Shown in pieces: positions 1-11,939 of a stretch of DNA of 64,000 nucleotides. The notes under the pieces were generated by a model. That model made no database searches, was not told where the DNA came from, and was given only the letters and a program-made list of their open reading frames with translations. Origin of the DNA: Azolla caroliniana (Eukaryota; Plantae; Polypodiophyta); contig JBHGNT010000006.1 of assembly GCA_043228905.1 (NCBI GenBank), positions 12,400,001-12,464,000 on the forward strand, read 5' to 3'. The position numbers were made by a program, and so were the translations under genes. Position 1 is the first letter of the stretch. Each line of letters opens with the position of its first letter.

Positions 1-895
1 GTAGTGGCGGCAGAGTCAAGAAGGACAGAGCCGACCGGAAGAAGAAGGCCAAGACCCAGACATGGTCCGATGTGGTGAAGGGCCTGGAACCAGAAGATGA
101 ATCGGGAGCGACCGGTTCGGACAAGAGCTGGAACGAATCGAAGACAGTCCATTAGGTTCAACAACAGGATTCGGAAGAACCGGATCAATTCAAGGCCAAG
201 AGGACGAGAAGGCAGCAAAAGTCTATGCCAACACGAAGGAATCGGCGAATTGACAAGTGCCGAAGTCACGGTAGCGAGGGAGATGATTAGGCCTGTTGAG
301 CAGACAAGCCGACCGAGGAGGTCGAGGTGTGCAAAAACAAAAGGGTCGCGTCAAACGGGAAAGGACCGGACGAGGAGCGCGAGTGAGACAGAGTGACGCC
401 AGAAGGAGCCGGGTGCAAGGACCGACTGCCATGGAGACTGACACTACGATCCGACCTCAAGTTGAGCTTGAGGGGTAGTGTTGATCGGCAAGCTCAATCA
501 GATCTAGATTGGCTGAATAAGCCCGAGCCGGATCGGCATCCGGAAGGATAAGCCTGATCGGTGAGCAGAGAGCTGGGGAGCCGGTTAGCCAGATCCATCA
601 GTAACCGGAAGCCTAGTAGAAGCCTAAACTACTAGGTAGTTAATGTCTCGTAGTTAGTGTCAGACGGTTGTGTGAGCATTGAAGTACACCGTGCTTCTGT
701 CAGTCCGTATGGACTTGTATAAAAGTGTTCACTGAACACATACAATGTACAAAGTTTTAGAGTTAATGTTTTGAATAGAGTTTTATGTTCTGCACTCTAT
801 CTATCTCTCCCGCGTACTGTGTATATTCAAGCTCTCCATTAAACCTACATTTCTGTGTTCGCTTTTCTAATTCCTTCTGCACACTATTCTTTACA
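1..895 (+). mobile_element. 3' end of a Ty1/copia LTR retrotransposon (post-RNase H tail, polypurine tract, 3' LTR); 5' part lies outside the window
   Basis: The tail matches the tail of copia A (GCCAAGACCCAGAC..GGTC..ATGTGGTGAAGGGCC at ~47-86 vs ~4691-4727; GACAAGAGCTGGAACGAATCG at ~120 vs ~10561). A PPT-like GAGCTTGAGGGGTAG sits immediately before TG at 479. Confidence 0.75.
479..895 (+). repeat. 3' LTR of the copia element
   Basis: Starts TGTTG directly after the PPT, has TATAAAA at ~718 and ends ...CTTTACA. Unrelated sequence follows. Confidence 0.7.
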
Positions 896-2027
896 CTTCT
901 CCGGCTTCCGATATGTCTTAGCCACTGCCTCGTGCACCAAGCGTGTTCGATCTTCGTCCTTCTGACCCTCCCGATCGGGTCTAGTTTCGGTCTGTGGCCG
1001 CATCGCCAGCCTTACACCTCCTTTCCCCTCTTTCGGTCCCCTTGTAGGACCCCACTCGCCTTCCGCAACCGATGTCGTCGTCCCCTCGCCACCACCCTCA
1101 GTATCTTGCTCTTACGACGGCTCCTAATGCTGACCGCTGAAGTCTCTAGTCCGGTGTGGAAAATCCTTCGTGGGCCTCCCGTCTCTCCCGACCCTGTCCC
1201 GAGTCGTCCTTCTCTGCAAGTCAGAGGGTGGCTCGCTCCACAGCTTCTCCCGTTGTACCGTGTTCCCGTCCTCTTCGTAGGCCTGTTTCCTCCTCCCTTC
1301 CGGATCGACTATCCGGAAGTCCGCTCTCCCTATTCTCATCCGGGCTCATCTGATTTCTCCCCGTATTATCGGATCCTATTCTCCTGTTGCCACCGTTAGT
1401 ATCTTGGTCTTACGTCGGCTCTCGATGCCGACCACCGAAGTCTCTAGCCCGGTGTGAGGTGACCCATAGGACCGATCTTCATTTCTCTGCTTCCGATGTA
1501 CTTCTCTCGAACTCATGGTCGTCCTTCTTGCGCTCCCGCCACCGTCTCCCTTCTCTCCGGTCTTACGTCGGCTCTTAATGCCCGACTACTGAAGTCTCCA
1601 AATGAGACGAGGGGATACCGATTCGAAAACGACTCCCGACGACTCGTCGAAGGCCACTGACCCTTTTAGTGGTGTCTGTGGAAAGCATCCTCTCTATGAT
1701 CGATCAAGCCCCACCTGGGCTTGATTCTCCAATGTCTAGAGTTTCGGCTCTGATGCCGATCCCGCTGGACTCATTCTATACCCTCGATTATCTTCTTCCC
1801 GAATTCCGACCTTCGCCTTGGTCAATATTTCTCCCCATGTAAAGAGGGCGGCTCGTTCCGCACCCTCTTCCGTATTGGCACCCTCATACCGAACCTGGCC
1901 CCTATCGATCGAGCTCTATTGCTTCTCCCTTGTCTTCTGTGTCTCGGGCCGGTTTTAGTCAAACAATCTACATCCGGATCGTGCTCCATCCGAATCGGAA
2001 TGCTGACTAGTTCGATCCCCGGTCGGG

Positions 2028-3142
2028 TCAACTTCTGATTCTGCTCCCTTCAACGCCGCCTCTCATTGCCTCATTCTTCTCTGCCACGGCTCCATCCTCG
2101 ACCTCCTTGCAGGCCATTTCCCATCCATCTTCGTTGGCATCGTTCCAGGACTCCTCACTAGCGCCTTCCATCTCTCTGGTCTTAAGTCGGCACACGAGCT
2201 CGACTGCCAATGTCTCCGAAATCCGCGTGGAGGGCTCTTCTCCGCTCCCGACCTCCTCCTCGGTTGGTCTTTCTCCGCAAGTCGAGAGGGCGTCTTGCTC
2301 CACACCCTCTCCCGTGGTACTGCCATACCATTCTTCAGCCCCTACCTGGGCCATGTCCGCCTTGTCCGGAAGGCCGACTAGCTCAGAGTCTCTGGAATCC
2401 ATCCGTGTGCCGGATCTCTGTACTTCATCGACCATCTCCTTCAAAGCCTCATACACTTCCCGGACCAAGGCTTTGACATCGAGCTTCATCGATCCTTCTT
2501 GTTGTGTGCCCACTTCCTGACGTGATGACGCATCGTCGCACGCTATCTTCCTTTTACGTTTCGCGAACCGCTCCTCATCCAACCATCGGCATACTCGTTC
2601 GACTTCCAACCAGTCCTCGGTAAGGCCATTCGCTCCGTCGTCATCTTCGAGCTCAATTCCTATGGCCTCCCAATCTGCTCGGTTGATCGACCTAACGAAC
2701 AACAGGACCTTGTCCACCCCCACCAGTCTTTGTTCTTGCTCGAACTCTTGGAACGCCTTCGTTGCGCCCCGGTGGGTCTTCGCCGATGCAACCCACTGGT
2801 CGAAGTCATGCCGTCCCCGGCTCTTCGACCGTCCTCCATATGCCTGCAGGAGCGCCTTGTCAAAGGCCTCCCACAAACTATGAGCTTCTCAGAGCTCCTT
2901 TACTTCCGCGTGCATACAGACGACGACGACCCGACAAAAGAACCCCAGCCTCAACACCTCGTCTATGCCTTGCACCTCCATTTCCACTCGTAGAATAGGA
3001 CTTTGTCTCCGTTGAAACAACTGAATCTTTTGACCACTCGCTCAATAGCTTGTTGCGCTACTTCTCGTCTCATCGTCACTCATCCGAACCCCATCACCAC
3101 TTCGGCCACCATCTCCGTGAAGTCTTCGTCTTCTGACTCCAT
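2028..3142 (-). pseudogene. gag-like pseudogene of the Phygy-like element
   Basis: Reads MESEDEDFTEMVAEVVM..., then FDKALLQAYG..RGRHDFDQWV..KVLLFVRSI..LEDDDGANGLTEDW. It is homologous to the ORF at 16358-16864 and has stops and frameshifts in the 5' part. Confidence 0.7.
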
Positions 3143-3158
3143 CCTCCCTTCCCACCCT

Positions 3159-3176
3159 TTCACATCGAGATCACCA
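3159..3176 (-). promoter_or_regulatory. Degraded tRNA-Trp primer-binding site
   Basis: Plus strand TTCACATCGAGATCACCA has 3 mismatches to the copy at 16957-16974 and lies 4 nt from the LTR end. Confidence 0.7.
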
Positions 3177-3180
3177 AAGA

Positions 3181-4002
3181 TGTCGCAGCAATCCGCGAGT
3201 AGGTGTCGAAAGGGGCGGGACCACGGGAATCTCGAATGAGGAAGAGATGGATGCCAGGAAACCGACTCTCTCCAGTTCCGCTGCACCGGCTGTGGCGCAA
3301 ATCGGAGCAATTCTGGACGCGTACCGGAGGTTACCGAACACAAGAGAAGGAGAGAGAGGGAGAGAGACCACGCGCGCAACACCGACTCAACACACGCCTC
3401 TTATGTACAGGAAACGAAAAGAAAGAAACACACCCGACACCCATAGAGACACAAATATGTACAACCTTTTATATGTGTATTTACAAGACAACATGATACA
3501 TCCCCGGCTCCGAGCCAAACCTAGGTAGATTAGGTTACGACAGTTGTCTGCTGCCAAGCCGCCGGTCGGGGAGCTCTCGGGCTCATCGCGCTGAGCGGGG
3601 ACTTGCACAGGAGAAAGAGAAAAAACAAAACCACTAATACATGTGGGCTCCCGACCGGACTAAACCCTAAACAGACACAAAGAAGATCTAAAAGAAACCC
3701 TAAAGTAAGGAGAAGAGAAAACCGTCAACCTAAGTGGTATACCCTCCTAACTCAAAATGGGCAATTCCTCTACAAAGGGACCCTCCCTTGCTTTTATAGC
3801 CCAAGGAGGGAGGGAGGGACATTACAATGTGGGATAAATCCCTTATTACATGGGGTTCTCTATCCTAACTTAACTCCTATTCGGCGCCATAAAGGCACCC
3901 CATTATCTTACACGCGTATACAAGGGTGAGTGCTCATGCCACACCCTGCCGATATTCCCATTAGCCCCGGTTTTCTCATTATGTCCGTAAATCTCCACGA
4001 CA
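3181..4002 (-). repeat. 5' LTR of the Phygy-like element (822 bp)
   Basis: Inverted termini TGTCG...CGACA, minus-strand TATAAAA at ~3792-3798, adjacent PBS. Confidence 0.75.
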
Positions 4003-4685
4003 ACGCGCCTCGACTATTGCGATATGTGAGCGGCACGAAGGATTGGGGACTGTTATACCAACACGGTATAGCTAGGAAGCTGGTCGAATATACCAATGCC
4101 GACTGGGCTAGTGATGCATCGGACCGCCGATCCACCTCCGGTTACATGTTTACTCTTGGTAGCACGATTGTTGCATGGAGCAGCCAAAAGCAGCCAACAG
4201 TGGCTTTGTCGAGCACTGAGGCTGAGTACCAGGGCGCTACCATTGCCACCTATGAAGCCATTTGGCTTCGGCGATTGCTACGAGACCTTCGGATTGGGGT
4301 GCCGACTCCGATCCTGATTTATTGTGACAACGTAAGCAACATACATCTTGCCAAGGACCCTGTATTCCATGCTTGGACAAAGCACATAGAAGTGCATTAT
4401 CACTTTGTCTGTGAGCAGGTCCTGAGTGGTGAAGTTGAACTTCGGTATGTTCACATGGATTGGCAGGTTGCCGACATCTTCACCAAGCCTCTTGGATCAG
4501 ACAAGTTGCAACTTATTTCGAAGATGCTCTACATTCAACATCTCGATGTGCCGCACTTGAGGGGGAGAACAACAATGGGAACAGATGGCACCGGACAAGG
4601 AGCCAGAGAGGAAGAAAGAACCACATCTGGACAAGCCGGAGCAAGCCGCAAAGGGGGGAGAGTCAAGAAGGAGAGAGCCGACTGA
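4003..4685 (+). pseudogene. Ty1/copia RT C-terminus and RNase H fragment
   Basis: Motifs RLLRYVSGT, ADWA..DRRSTSGY, WSSQKQPTVALSSTEAEY, IYCDN, TKHIEVHYHF, QVADIFTKPL. Confidence 0.92.
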
Positions 4686-4743
4686 AAGAAGCCAAGACCC
4701 AGACGTGGTCCCATGTGGTGAAGGGCCTAAAAACGGAACACGA

Positions 4744-5499
4744 TGTTGGGAGACAGGTCCCTCCGGATGGGAAGGGAGAAAAACAATGCCGATGAACAAA
4801 CTCGGCCGAGGCCGAAACCGGATGATGAGTACCCGGCTACGGAGAGCCGGATGGTGCAGACCCGGTGAGAACCGGATAAGGAATACCCGGTTACGGAGAG
4901 CCGGATGGTGCAGACCCGGTGAGAACCGAATAAGGAGTACCCGGTTACGGAGAGCCGGATGGTGCGGACCCGGTGAGAACTGGATGAGGAGTACCCGGCT
5001 ACGGAGAGCCGGATGGTGCAGACCCGGTGAGGAATGCTCACCGGATAAAGAGACATATTCGTAAATATGTTTTTCAGAGTCCATCGAGGCTATATTTGTA
5101 AATAGCTGAAAAGTCATATTAGTATAAATATGACTTAGGGAAAACTTTTTAATCTTTTGTTATTATTTTCTTGTCTGCGTGAGATCACAGCGTGTAACAG
5201 TGTACAGAGAGAGAGAGAGAGAGAAAGAGGTCGTTGCTTCTGTTGTAACCGCCGCCTGTGGCGAAGATCGTGAGCACGAGGTCGTTGCCTCCGTGAACTC
5301 ACTGTTGTACATACTAACCTAGTGATAGTTTGCAGCCTGTGGGCTGCCGTAGTTTTTCCCTAGTTTGGGGTTTTTCCACGTTAAACATCCTGCGTACTCT
5401 TCTCTTCCATTGTGTCGTTCTTCAATTTCGTTTTCTGTGTATGATCCTAAGCTCGGTTGTGGCCGAGCGTTGCGTATAGGGAGCGTTCAGTTCTCGTCA
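4744..5499 (+). repeat. 5' LTR of copia B (756 bp)
   Basis: TGTTGGG...CGTCA. Direct repeat of 9785-10536 with roughly 25 substitutions and two small indels by manual count. Confidence 0.93.
4813..5030 (+). repeat. 54-bp tandem repeat (4 copies) in the LTR U3 region; also at ~9848-10065
   Basis: Unit GAGAACCGGATAAGGAGTACCCGGTTACGGAGAGCCGGATGGTGCAGACCCGGT, with starts 54 bp apart (4867, 4921, 4975). Confidence 0.9.
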
Positions 5500-6729
5500 A
5501 GCTCACCGGCTCCAACTATTTGGTATGGAAGTCGAAGATGAGAGACATGCTCGTGGTTAAAGACCTCTGGCTGCCGGTTCAGTTCGGGGACAAGAGATCA
5601 GACAAAATCGACGCCACGATATGGGAGGTGATGCACATGAAGACAACGGCGTACATACGGTGCTTCATCGACATGTGCCTGTACAACAACTTCAATGAAG
5701 AGAGCAAGGCTCATGAGCTCTGGGACAAGATCGACATAATGTTTCAGAACAAAAATGTTGTTAATCAGGTTTCGGTATTCCGGAAACTAGTAAGACTCCG
5801 ATACCAAGATGGCTCCAGCATGACGGAGCACATGAATGCCTTCCAAGGGCTGATCCACCAGGCAACTTCATTGGAAGTACCTCTCGCCGATGAGGTACTA
5901 GCGCTACTCCTACTCGGTTCCCTCCCGGATAGCTGGGAGATGTTGGTTGTCACTTTGGGCAATGCCGGGCCGGAAGGAAAACGGTTATCCCTAGCAAGAG
6001 TAAAGTCGAGCTTGCTAGATGAGGAGGCGCGTCGGAAAGATAAAGATACGAGCTCCGACTCCAAAGCGCTCCTTACCGAATCGGAACGCGGAAGACATAG
6101 AAACCATAGTCCCCAGAACCGGGAGAAGTCGGGGACACGGTCAAAGTCAAGGGGGAGGCCCACTTGCTTCTATTGCGGCAAGCCGGAGACCAACGGTACC
6201 GATTCGAAGCGGACCCCGGACCGGAACGGTAAAGACCAGAGGGGGCCGGACCGGAAGGGAACGACGGCAATCGCAGCAAGTGAAGAGGAGTTGATGCTCA
6301 TCACCGAGGAGAGTGATAATAAACCTTGCCGGCGACGAGATGACCTGGGTGGTAGACTCCGGAGCGTCGTTCCACCTTACCCCGAACCGGAAATGCTTCT
6401 CATCCTACTCAGCCAGTGATCACGGCTGTGTCCGGATGGGGAATGAAGGTACATGCCGAATTGTCGACATAGGAGACGTGTGGCTGTCGACACCAACCGG
6501 ATGCAAGTTGCTGCTGAGGGATGTCCGACACGTTCCGGAGGTTCGACTGAACCTGATATCAGCCGGTTGGCTAGATGATTAGGGCTACACGGTGTCGGGG
6601 TAGTTGTGGTTCATGCGGCGAAGTCGCGGGGACTAAGGTTAAGGGGAGTTGAAGAAACTTAACTTTTAATAAGGCTTGTATGGTGATGATAGAATGGTTA
6701 AGGATAGTAAGAAGAAGAGTTATGAGTAA

Positions 6730-6762
<33 letters not shown>

Positions 6763-9700
6763 CAAGCATAAATAAAAAATAGAGACAATGTATGATTCAA
6801 GAAAGAAGATTGAGACAAAGTATGATTCAAGGAACAAGAGTATATGATATAAACATGATGTATATTAAAAATATTTTATTTTATTTTTATATCGTGAAGC
6901 AAATCCTTCACGACAACGGGTAGCATCCGGAACGGTGTCATGAAGTTCAGCAAAGGGAGCCTGATTGTGGCTCGGGCCCGAAAGGTAAACACACTGTGCC
7001 CGGAAGAAGTGAATGTGGCATCCGACACTGCCGGTGAGCTGTGGCACAAGAGGCTGTGTCATATGAGCGAGAAGGGGATGAAGAGGCTTGTAGACGACAA
7101 CCTCATTCCAGTGAAGAACGTGCACTTAGAGAAGTGCACTGATTGTCTGGCCGGTAAGCAGAACCAGACCTCCTTCCGACCAAGGCCACCGATGAGACCT
7201 AATGCACCACTGGAGTTGGTGCATACGGATGTGTGTCAAGTAGACGCGAAGTCACATGCCAGAGCGCAGTACTTCGTGACGTTCATAGATGACCACAATC
7301 GGAAGCTGTGGGCCACACCGTTGAAGACGAAGGATCAGGTGTTATCCGTCTTCAAAGAGCTCCACGCGAGAGTGGAAAGAGAAACCGGCTGGAAGCTGAA
7401 GGCAGTTCGAGCAGATAACGGAGGAGAATACCGGGGGCAGTTCGAGGAGTACTGCCGCTCGAAGGGAATCCGGTTCGAATTTACCGTGTCAAAGACGCCG
7501 GAACTAAATGGACTGGCCGAGAGGATGAACCGAACCATAATGGAGAGGGTCTGGAGTATGCTAGCGCATGCAAAACTACCCAAGAAGTTTTGGGCTGAGG
7601 CACTGTCGACGTCGACATATGTGATAAATAGATCACCCTCAGTACCCTTGGACGGAGACAGGCCACAGAGAGTGTGGACCGGTAAGGAAGTATCCTACCG
7701 GCATCTGAAGGTGTTCAGGTGTCTCGCGCACGTGCATGTAGCTAAGGACCGGAGAGGAAAGTTAGATCCAAAGACCCGGCCATGCATATTCCTCGGTTAC
7801 GGTGACGATGAGTTCGGCTACCGAGTGTGGGACCTGGTCGACAAGAAGGTATTCCGGAGTTGAGATATTATCTTCATGGAGAACAAGACGCTCGCCGACT
7901 GGGAGTCGGAGAAGAAGATAATGAACTCTGAGTCGACCGGTATGGATCGACTCTACGATGAGCAGACCCAACCGGCAAGAGACCGGTTAGCACTCGAGGG
8001 ACCATCTGGTTATGGTGAGGATACCGAACAGGCTGAAGAAGAAGTAGAGGAAGCTGAAACCGGAACCAACCAAGACCCCGAATTGGATTCGGATGAAGAG
8101 CAGATGGATGAGCCGGTCACCAAAGACCAGAGACGGAGATATCCTCTCAGAGAGAGAAGGGCCCCCCAGAGATTTCCGGATGCAGAGCATGTTCTGCTGA
8201 CTGATGAGGGGGAGCCGGAAAGCTTTGAAGAAGCGAAGGAAGACACCCACAGCCAAAAATGGGTAAGTGCCATGGAGGATGAGATGGATTCCCTGCATGA
8301 GAACCATACGTACGAATTGGTGGAGTTGCCGAAAGGAAAGCGGGTACTCCGAAACAAGTGGGTGTACAAGTTGAAACCGGGAGATGCCGGCAACCCCCCG
8401 AGATACAAAGCCAGGATCGTGGTGAAGGGGTTCTAGCAGAAGAAGGGCGTGGACTTCGACGAGATATTTACCCCGGTAGTAAAGATGACCTCCATCCGGA
8501 CGGTGCTGAGTATAGCGGCAAGCATGGACCTTGAGGTAGAGCAGCTAGACGTGAAGACGGCATTCCTTCACGGTGACCTCGAAGAAGAGATCTACATGCA
8601 GCAACTGGAAGGATTTGTGGAGAAAGGGAAGGAGCACCTGGTTTGCCGGTTGAAGAAGAGCCTCTACGGGTTAAAGCAGGCCCCCCGGCAATGGTACCGG
8701 AGGTTCGACTCCTTCATGACCGATCAAGGGTACGACAAGACGCGGGCCGATCACTGCGTGTTTGTGAAGAAGTTTGAAGGAGGCGACTTCCTTCTGTACG
8801 TGGACGACATGTTGATCGTCGGACGGGACCAAGTCAAAATACGGATGCTGAAGAAGGCTCTCAACCAAACCTTCTCAATGAAAGACTTGGGTCCGACAAG
8901 ATAGATGTTGGGGATGCACATCATTCGGGACCGGTCAGCGAAGCAATTATGGTTGTCACAGGAGAAGTACGTGACAAAGGTGCTTCACCGGTTCAACATG
9001 TCAGATGCGAAACCGGTCGGATCGACACTTCTGGCAAACTGTAAGCTATCTGGTAAGTAAAGCCCGAAGACGAAAGCAGAGAAGGCGTATATGATGAAGA
9101 TTCCATATGCCTCTGCCGTCAGGAGCTTGATGTACGCAATGGTTTGTACCCTACCGGACATAGGATACGCAGTCGGAGTGGTGAGCCGGTTTATGAGCAA
9201 TCCCAGCAAGGAGCACTGGAATGCGGTCAAATGGATACTCCGGTATTTGAAGGGCACTTCAAATATGTGTCTCCAATTCGGCTCCGGAAAACCTCAACTA
9301 GATGGTTTCACCGATTCGGACATGTCGGCTGATGTGGATACCAGCCGGTCTACATCCGGGTATGTAATGACATATGCAGGGGGAGCTGTTTCGTGGCAGT
9401 CGAGCCTGCAGAAGACGGTTGCATTGTCAACCACAGAGGCGGAGTACATGGCGGCTGTGGAAGCCGGCAAGGAAATCTTATGGATGAAGGACTTCATCGG
9501 AGAGCTCGGTATCCGGCAAGATGAATACCGGCTCTATTGCGACAGTCAAAGTGCCATCCACCTTGCTAAGAATGCGGCCTACCATTCCCGAACGAAGCAT
9601 ATCCAGCGAAGATATCACTGGATCCGGGAAAGAATAGATGACCAGGAGTTCGCACTGACGAAGATCCACACGGCCGAGAACGGGTCAGATATGCTAACCA

Positions 9701-9771
9701 AAGTGCTGATACCCGACAAGTTGGACGCATGCCGGAAGAGGATCGGTCTAGTAAGACACCCCATGCCGTAG
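5481..9771 (+). pseudogene. Copia gag-pol polyprotein pseudogene
   Basis: gag KLTGSNY..WKSKM, LLLLGSLPDSW and a truncated CFYCGKP knuckle; protease WVVDSGASFH; integrase LWHKRLCH, LELVHTDV, RADNGGEY, NGLAERMNRT; RT QLDVKTAFLHG, LYVDDML; RH ALSTTEAEY, SDMLTK. Several stops and frameshifts plus one insertion. Confidence 0.95.
6593..6915. mobile_element. 323-bp solo-LTR-like insertion in copia B pol
   Basis: Termini TGTCG...CGACA and 4-bp TSD ACGG. Removing it restores the frame G-Y-T-G-S-I-R-N-G-V-M-K-F. Confidence 0.85.
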
Positions 9772-9784
9772 TGAAGGGGGAGTT

Positions 9785-10536
9785 TGTTGGGAGACAGATC
9801 CCTCCGGATGGGAAGGGAGAAAAACAATGCCGATGAACAAACTCGGCCGAAACTGGATGATGAGTACCCGGCTACGGAGAGCCGGATGGTGCAGACCTGG
9901 TGAGAACCGGATAAGGAGTACCCGGTTACGGAGAGCCGGATGGTGCAGACCCGGTGAGAACAGGATAAGGAGTACCCAGTTACGGAGAGCCGGATGGTGC
10001 GGACCCGGTGAGAACCGGATGAGGAGTACCCGGCTACGGAGAACCGGATGGTGCAGACCCAATGAGGAATGCTCACCGGATGAAGAGACATATTCGTAAA
10101 TATGTTTCTGAGAGTCCATCGAGGCTATATTTGTAAATAGCCGAAAAGTCATATTAGTATAAATATGACTTAGGGCAAACCTTTTAATCTGTTGTTATTA
10201 TTTTCTTGTCTGCGTGAGATCACAGCGTGTAACAGTGTACAGAGAGAGAGAGAGAGAGAGAAAGAGGTTGTTGCCTCTGTTGTAACCGCCGCCTGTGGCG
10301 AAGATCATGAGCACGAGGTCGTTGCCTCCGTGAACTCACTGCTGTATATACTAACCTAGTGATAGTTTGCAACCTGTGGGCTGCCGTGGTTTTTCCCTAG
10401 TTTGGGGTTTTTCCACGTTAAACATCCTGCGTACTCTTCTCTTCCATTGTGTCGTTCTTCAATTTCGTTTTCTGTGTATGATCCTAAGCTCGGTTGTGGC
10501 CGAGCGTTGCGTATAGGGAGCGTTCAGTTCTCGTCA
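9785..10536 (+). repeat. 3' LTR of copia B (752 bp)
   Basis: Follows the PPT, reads TGTTGGG...CGTCA and is followed by the TSD. Confidence 0.93.
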
Positions 10537-11191
10537 CACGAGTTGGAGACTACCAAGTCGGACAAGAGCTGGAACGAATCGGAGAAAGACGATTCGGTTC
10601 AATAGTTGGATTCGGAAGAGCCAAATCAACTAAAGACCAAGCGGATGAGAAGGCAACTGAAGTCGACACCGACACGGAGGAACCGATGGGTCAACAAGCG
10701 CCGGAGTCATAGCAACGAAGGAGCTAAGATGGGCCTGCTGAGCAAACAAGCTGATCAAGGAGGTCGAGGAGTACAGAACCAGACGGGTCGTCGAAAGTGG
10801 AACCAGACCGGATAAGGAGCGTAAGCAAGGTAGGAGGACACGAGAAGGATTCGGATGGAAAAACCGGCTACCAACCCAAGAGCACGACATCAAGGACAAT
10901 CGACTGGCAAGGAAGGTTGAACATGCACAAGAGCTCGAGATCGAGACTGAGGTCACCATTGAAAGCAATGAAGAATCAATAGAAGATGAAACAAAGGGGG
11001 AGGAATCCCCAACACACGATAACAAGATTGAGGTACCGGTCGAGTCTCAAAGGGAGGAAGGACAAAGCGAGATGGTGATTGAACAAGATCATATTGAAGG
11101 CATGAGGCAAGAAGCTGACACCAAGGATGAAGACTCCATTTCCCTTCTCTTTGCCATCTTCTTGTTCTTCTCCTACTTTTTTGGAGGTGTA

Positions 11192-11739
11192 TGTGGAGTC
11201 CCTAAAGAGTCCCAATTAGAACGCGGTCCCGAAGTGAGTCACGATGGACCCAAGAAGCCCCAAAATGAGTTGGAACAAGGGGTTACAATCAATGTTGGCA
11301 CAAGCATAAGGAGTGGGGCCCCAAGAAGGGACTCAACCCCTAAGAAGGGGTTCTAGCCTTGGGTTGGGACCACGAGTCCCAATCTAAGTTGGGACTTGGG
11401 AAATACCCGGACCCTGCTACAAGAACAACGGCGTCCAAGTGCCAACAACCAGCCACAACGGAGACCAAAAGAGACCTCTTGGCATAACAGGCACCCCTCT
11501 TGGCATTACGGCCACCCCCTTGGCCTATATAAGAAGAACCCTCTCCTCATTTTTGAGCATTCCCATATTTAGAAACTCTCTCCTGTCCCTAATTATAGTA
11601 GCTCTAAGGAGCTTGTACCTAATCTTCTTTTTAATCATGCTTAAGTCAAATTAATAAAATCTTTTTCTTTTCTTCCTCTCTCTTCTCCCCACCGTGTTTC
11701 GGGTCCGTTTCGAGACCCCCATGTTTTAGGTTCGTCACA
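11192..11739 (+). repeat. Probable 3' LTR of another, truncated LTR element (internal remnant ~10870-11191)
   Basis: Termini TGTG...CACA, preceded by a PPT-like TTTTGGAGGTGTA, with TATATAA at ~11526 and AATAAA at ~11653. No partner LTR in the window. Confidence 0.55.
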
Positions 11740-11939
11740 ATCGAGTATAGCTCAATCAGACCCTAGGACCATGGCCAAGGGTCCATCTAATCTGATAATT
11801 CCCATTCCCATTCTTTGACTTCCTTGCGCGCTCATTCAGACCCTAAGACCATGGCCAAGGGTCCATCTAAGCTAATTATTCCCATTCCCATGCTTTGACC
11901 TCCTTCCACTCTTCCTTTTGAGCTAAGCTAGCTTGATGT

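Larger units (their letters stand above)
896..4002 (-). mobile_element. 5' part of a degenerate Trp-primed gypsy-type (Phygy-like) LTR element, probably non-autonomous
   Basis: Minus-strand order is LTR (3181-4002), PBS, gag-like ORF, then a low-complexity internal region with imperfect repeats (~1108, 1407, 1560). It abuts copia A RT sequence at 4003. Confidence 0.7.
4744..10536 (+). mobile_element. Full-length Ty1/copia LTR retrotransposon B (Tnt1/Tork-like), decayed
   Basis: Two LTRs, 5-bp TSD CACGA (4739-4743 and 10537-10541), gag-PR-INT-RT-RH order, PPT GTGAAGGGGGAG at 9771-9782. Confidence 0.95.
4003..10870 (+). mobile_element. Copia element A remnant (end of RT, RNase H, 3' tail), split by copia B and lacking its own 3' LTR
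   Basis: Segments 4003-4743 and 10542-~10870 join across the CACGA TSD, and the tail aligns with 1-470. The right boundary is approximate. Confidence 0.75.

Noticed and set aside
785-1399. 204-aa ORF as a gene
   Set aside because: It spans an LTR end and the antisense strand of another element and has no recognisable motifs.
4497-5117. ORFs with 18-aa repeats in the copia B LTRs (also 9615-10152)
   Set aside because: They are by-products of the 54-bp U3 repeat, which is open in several frames on both strands.
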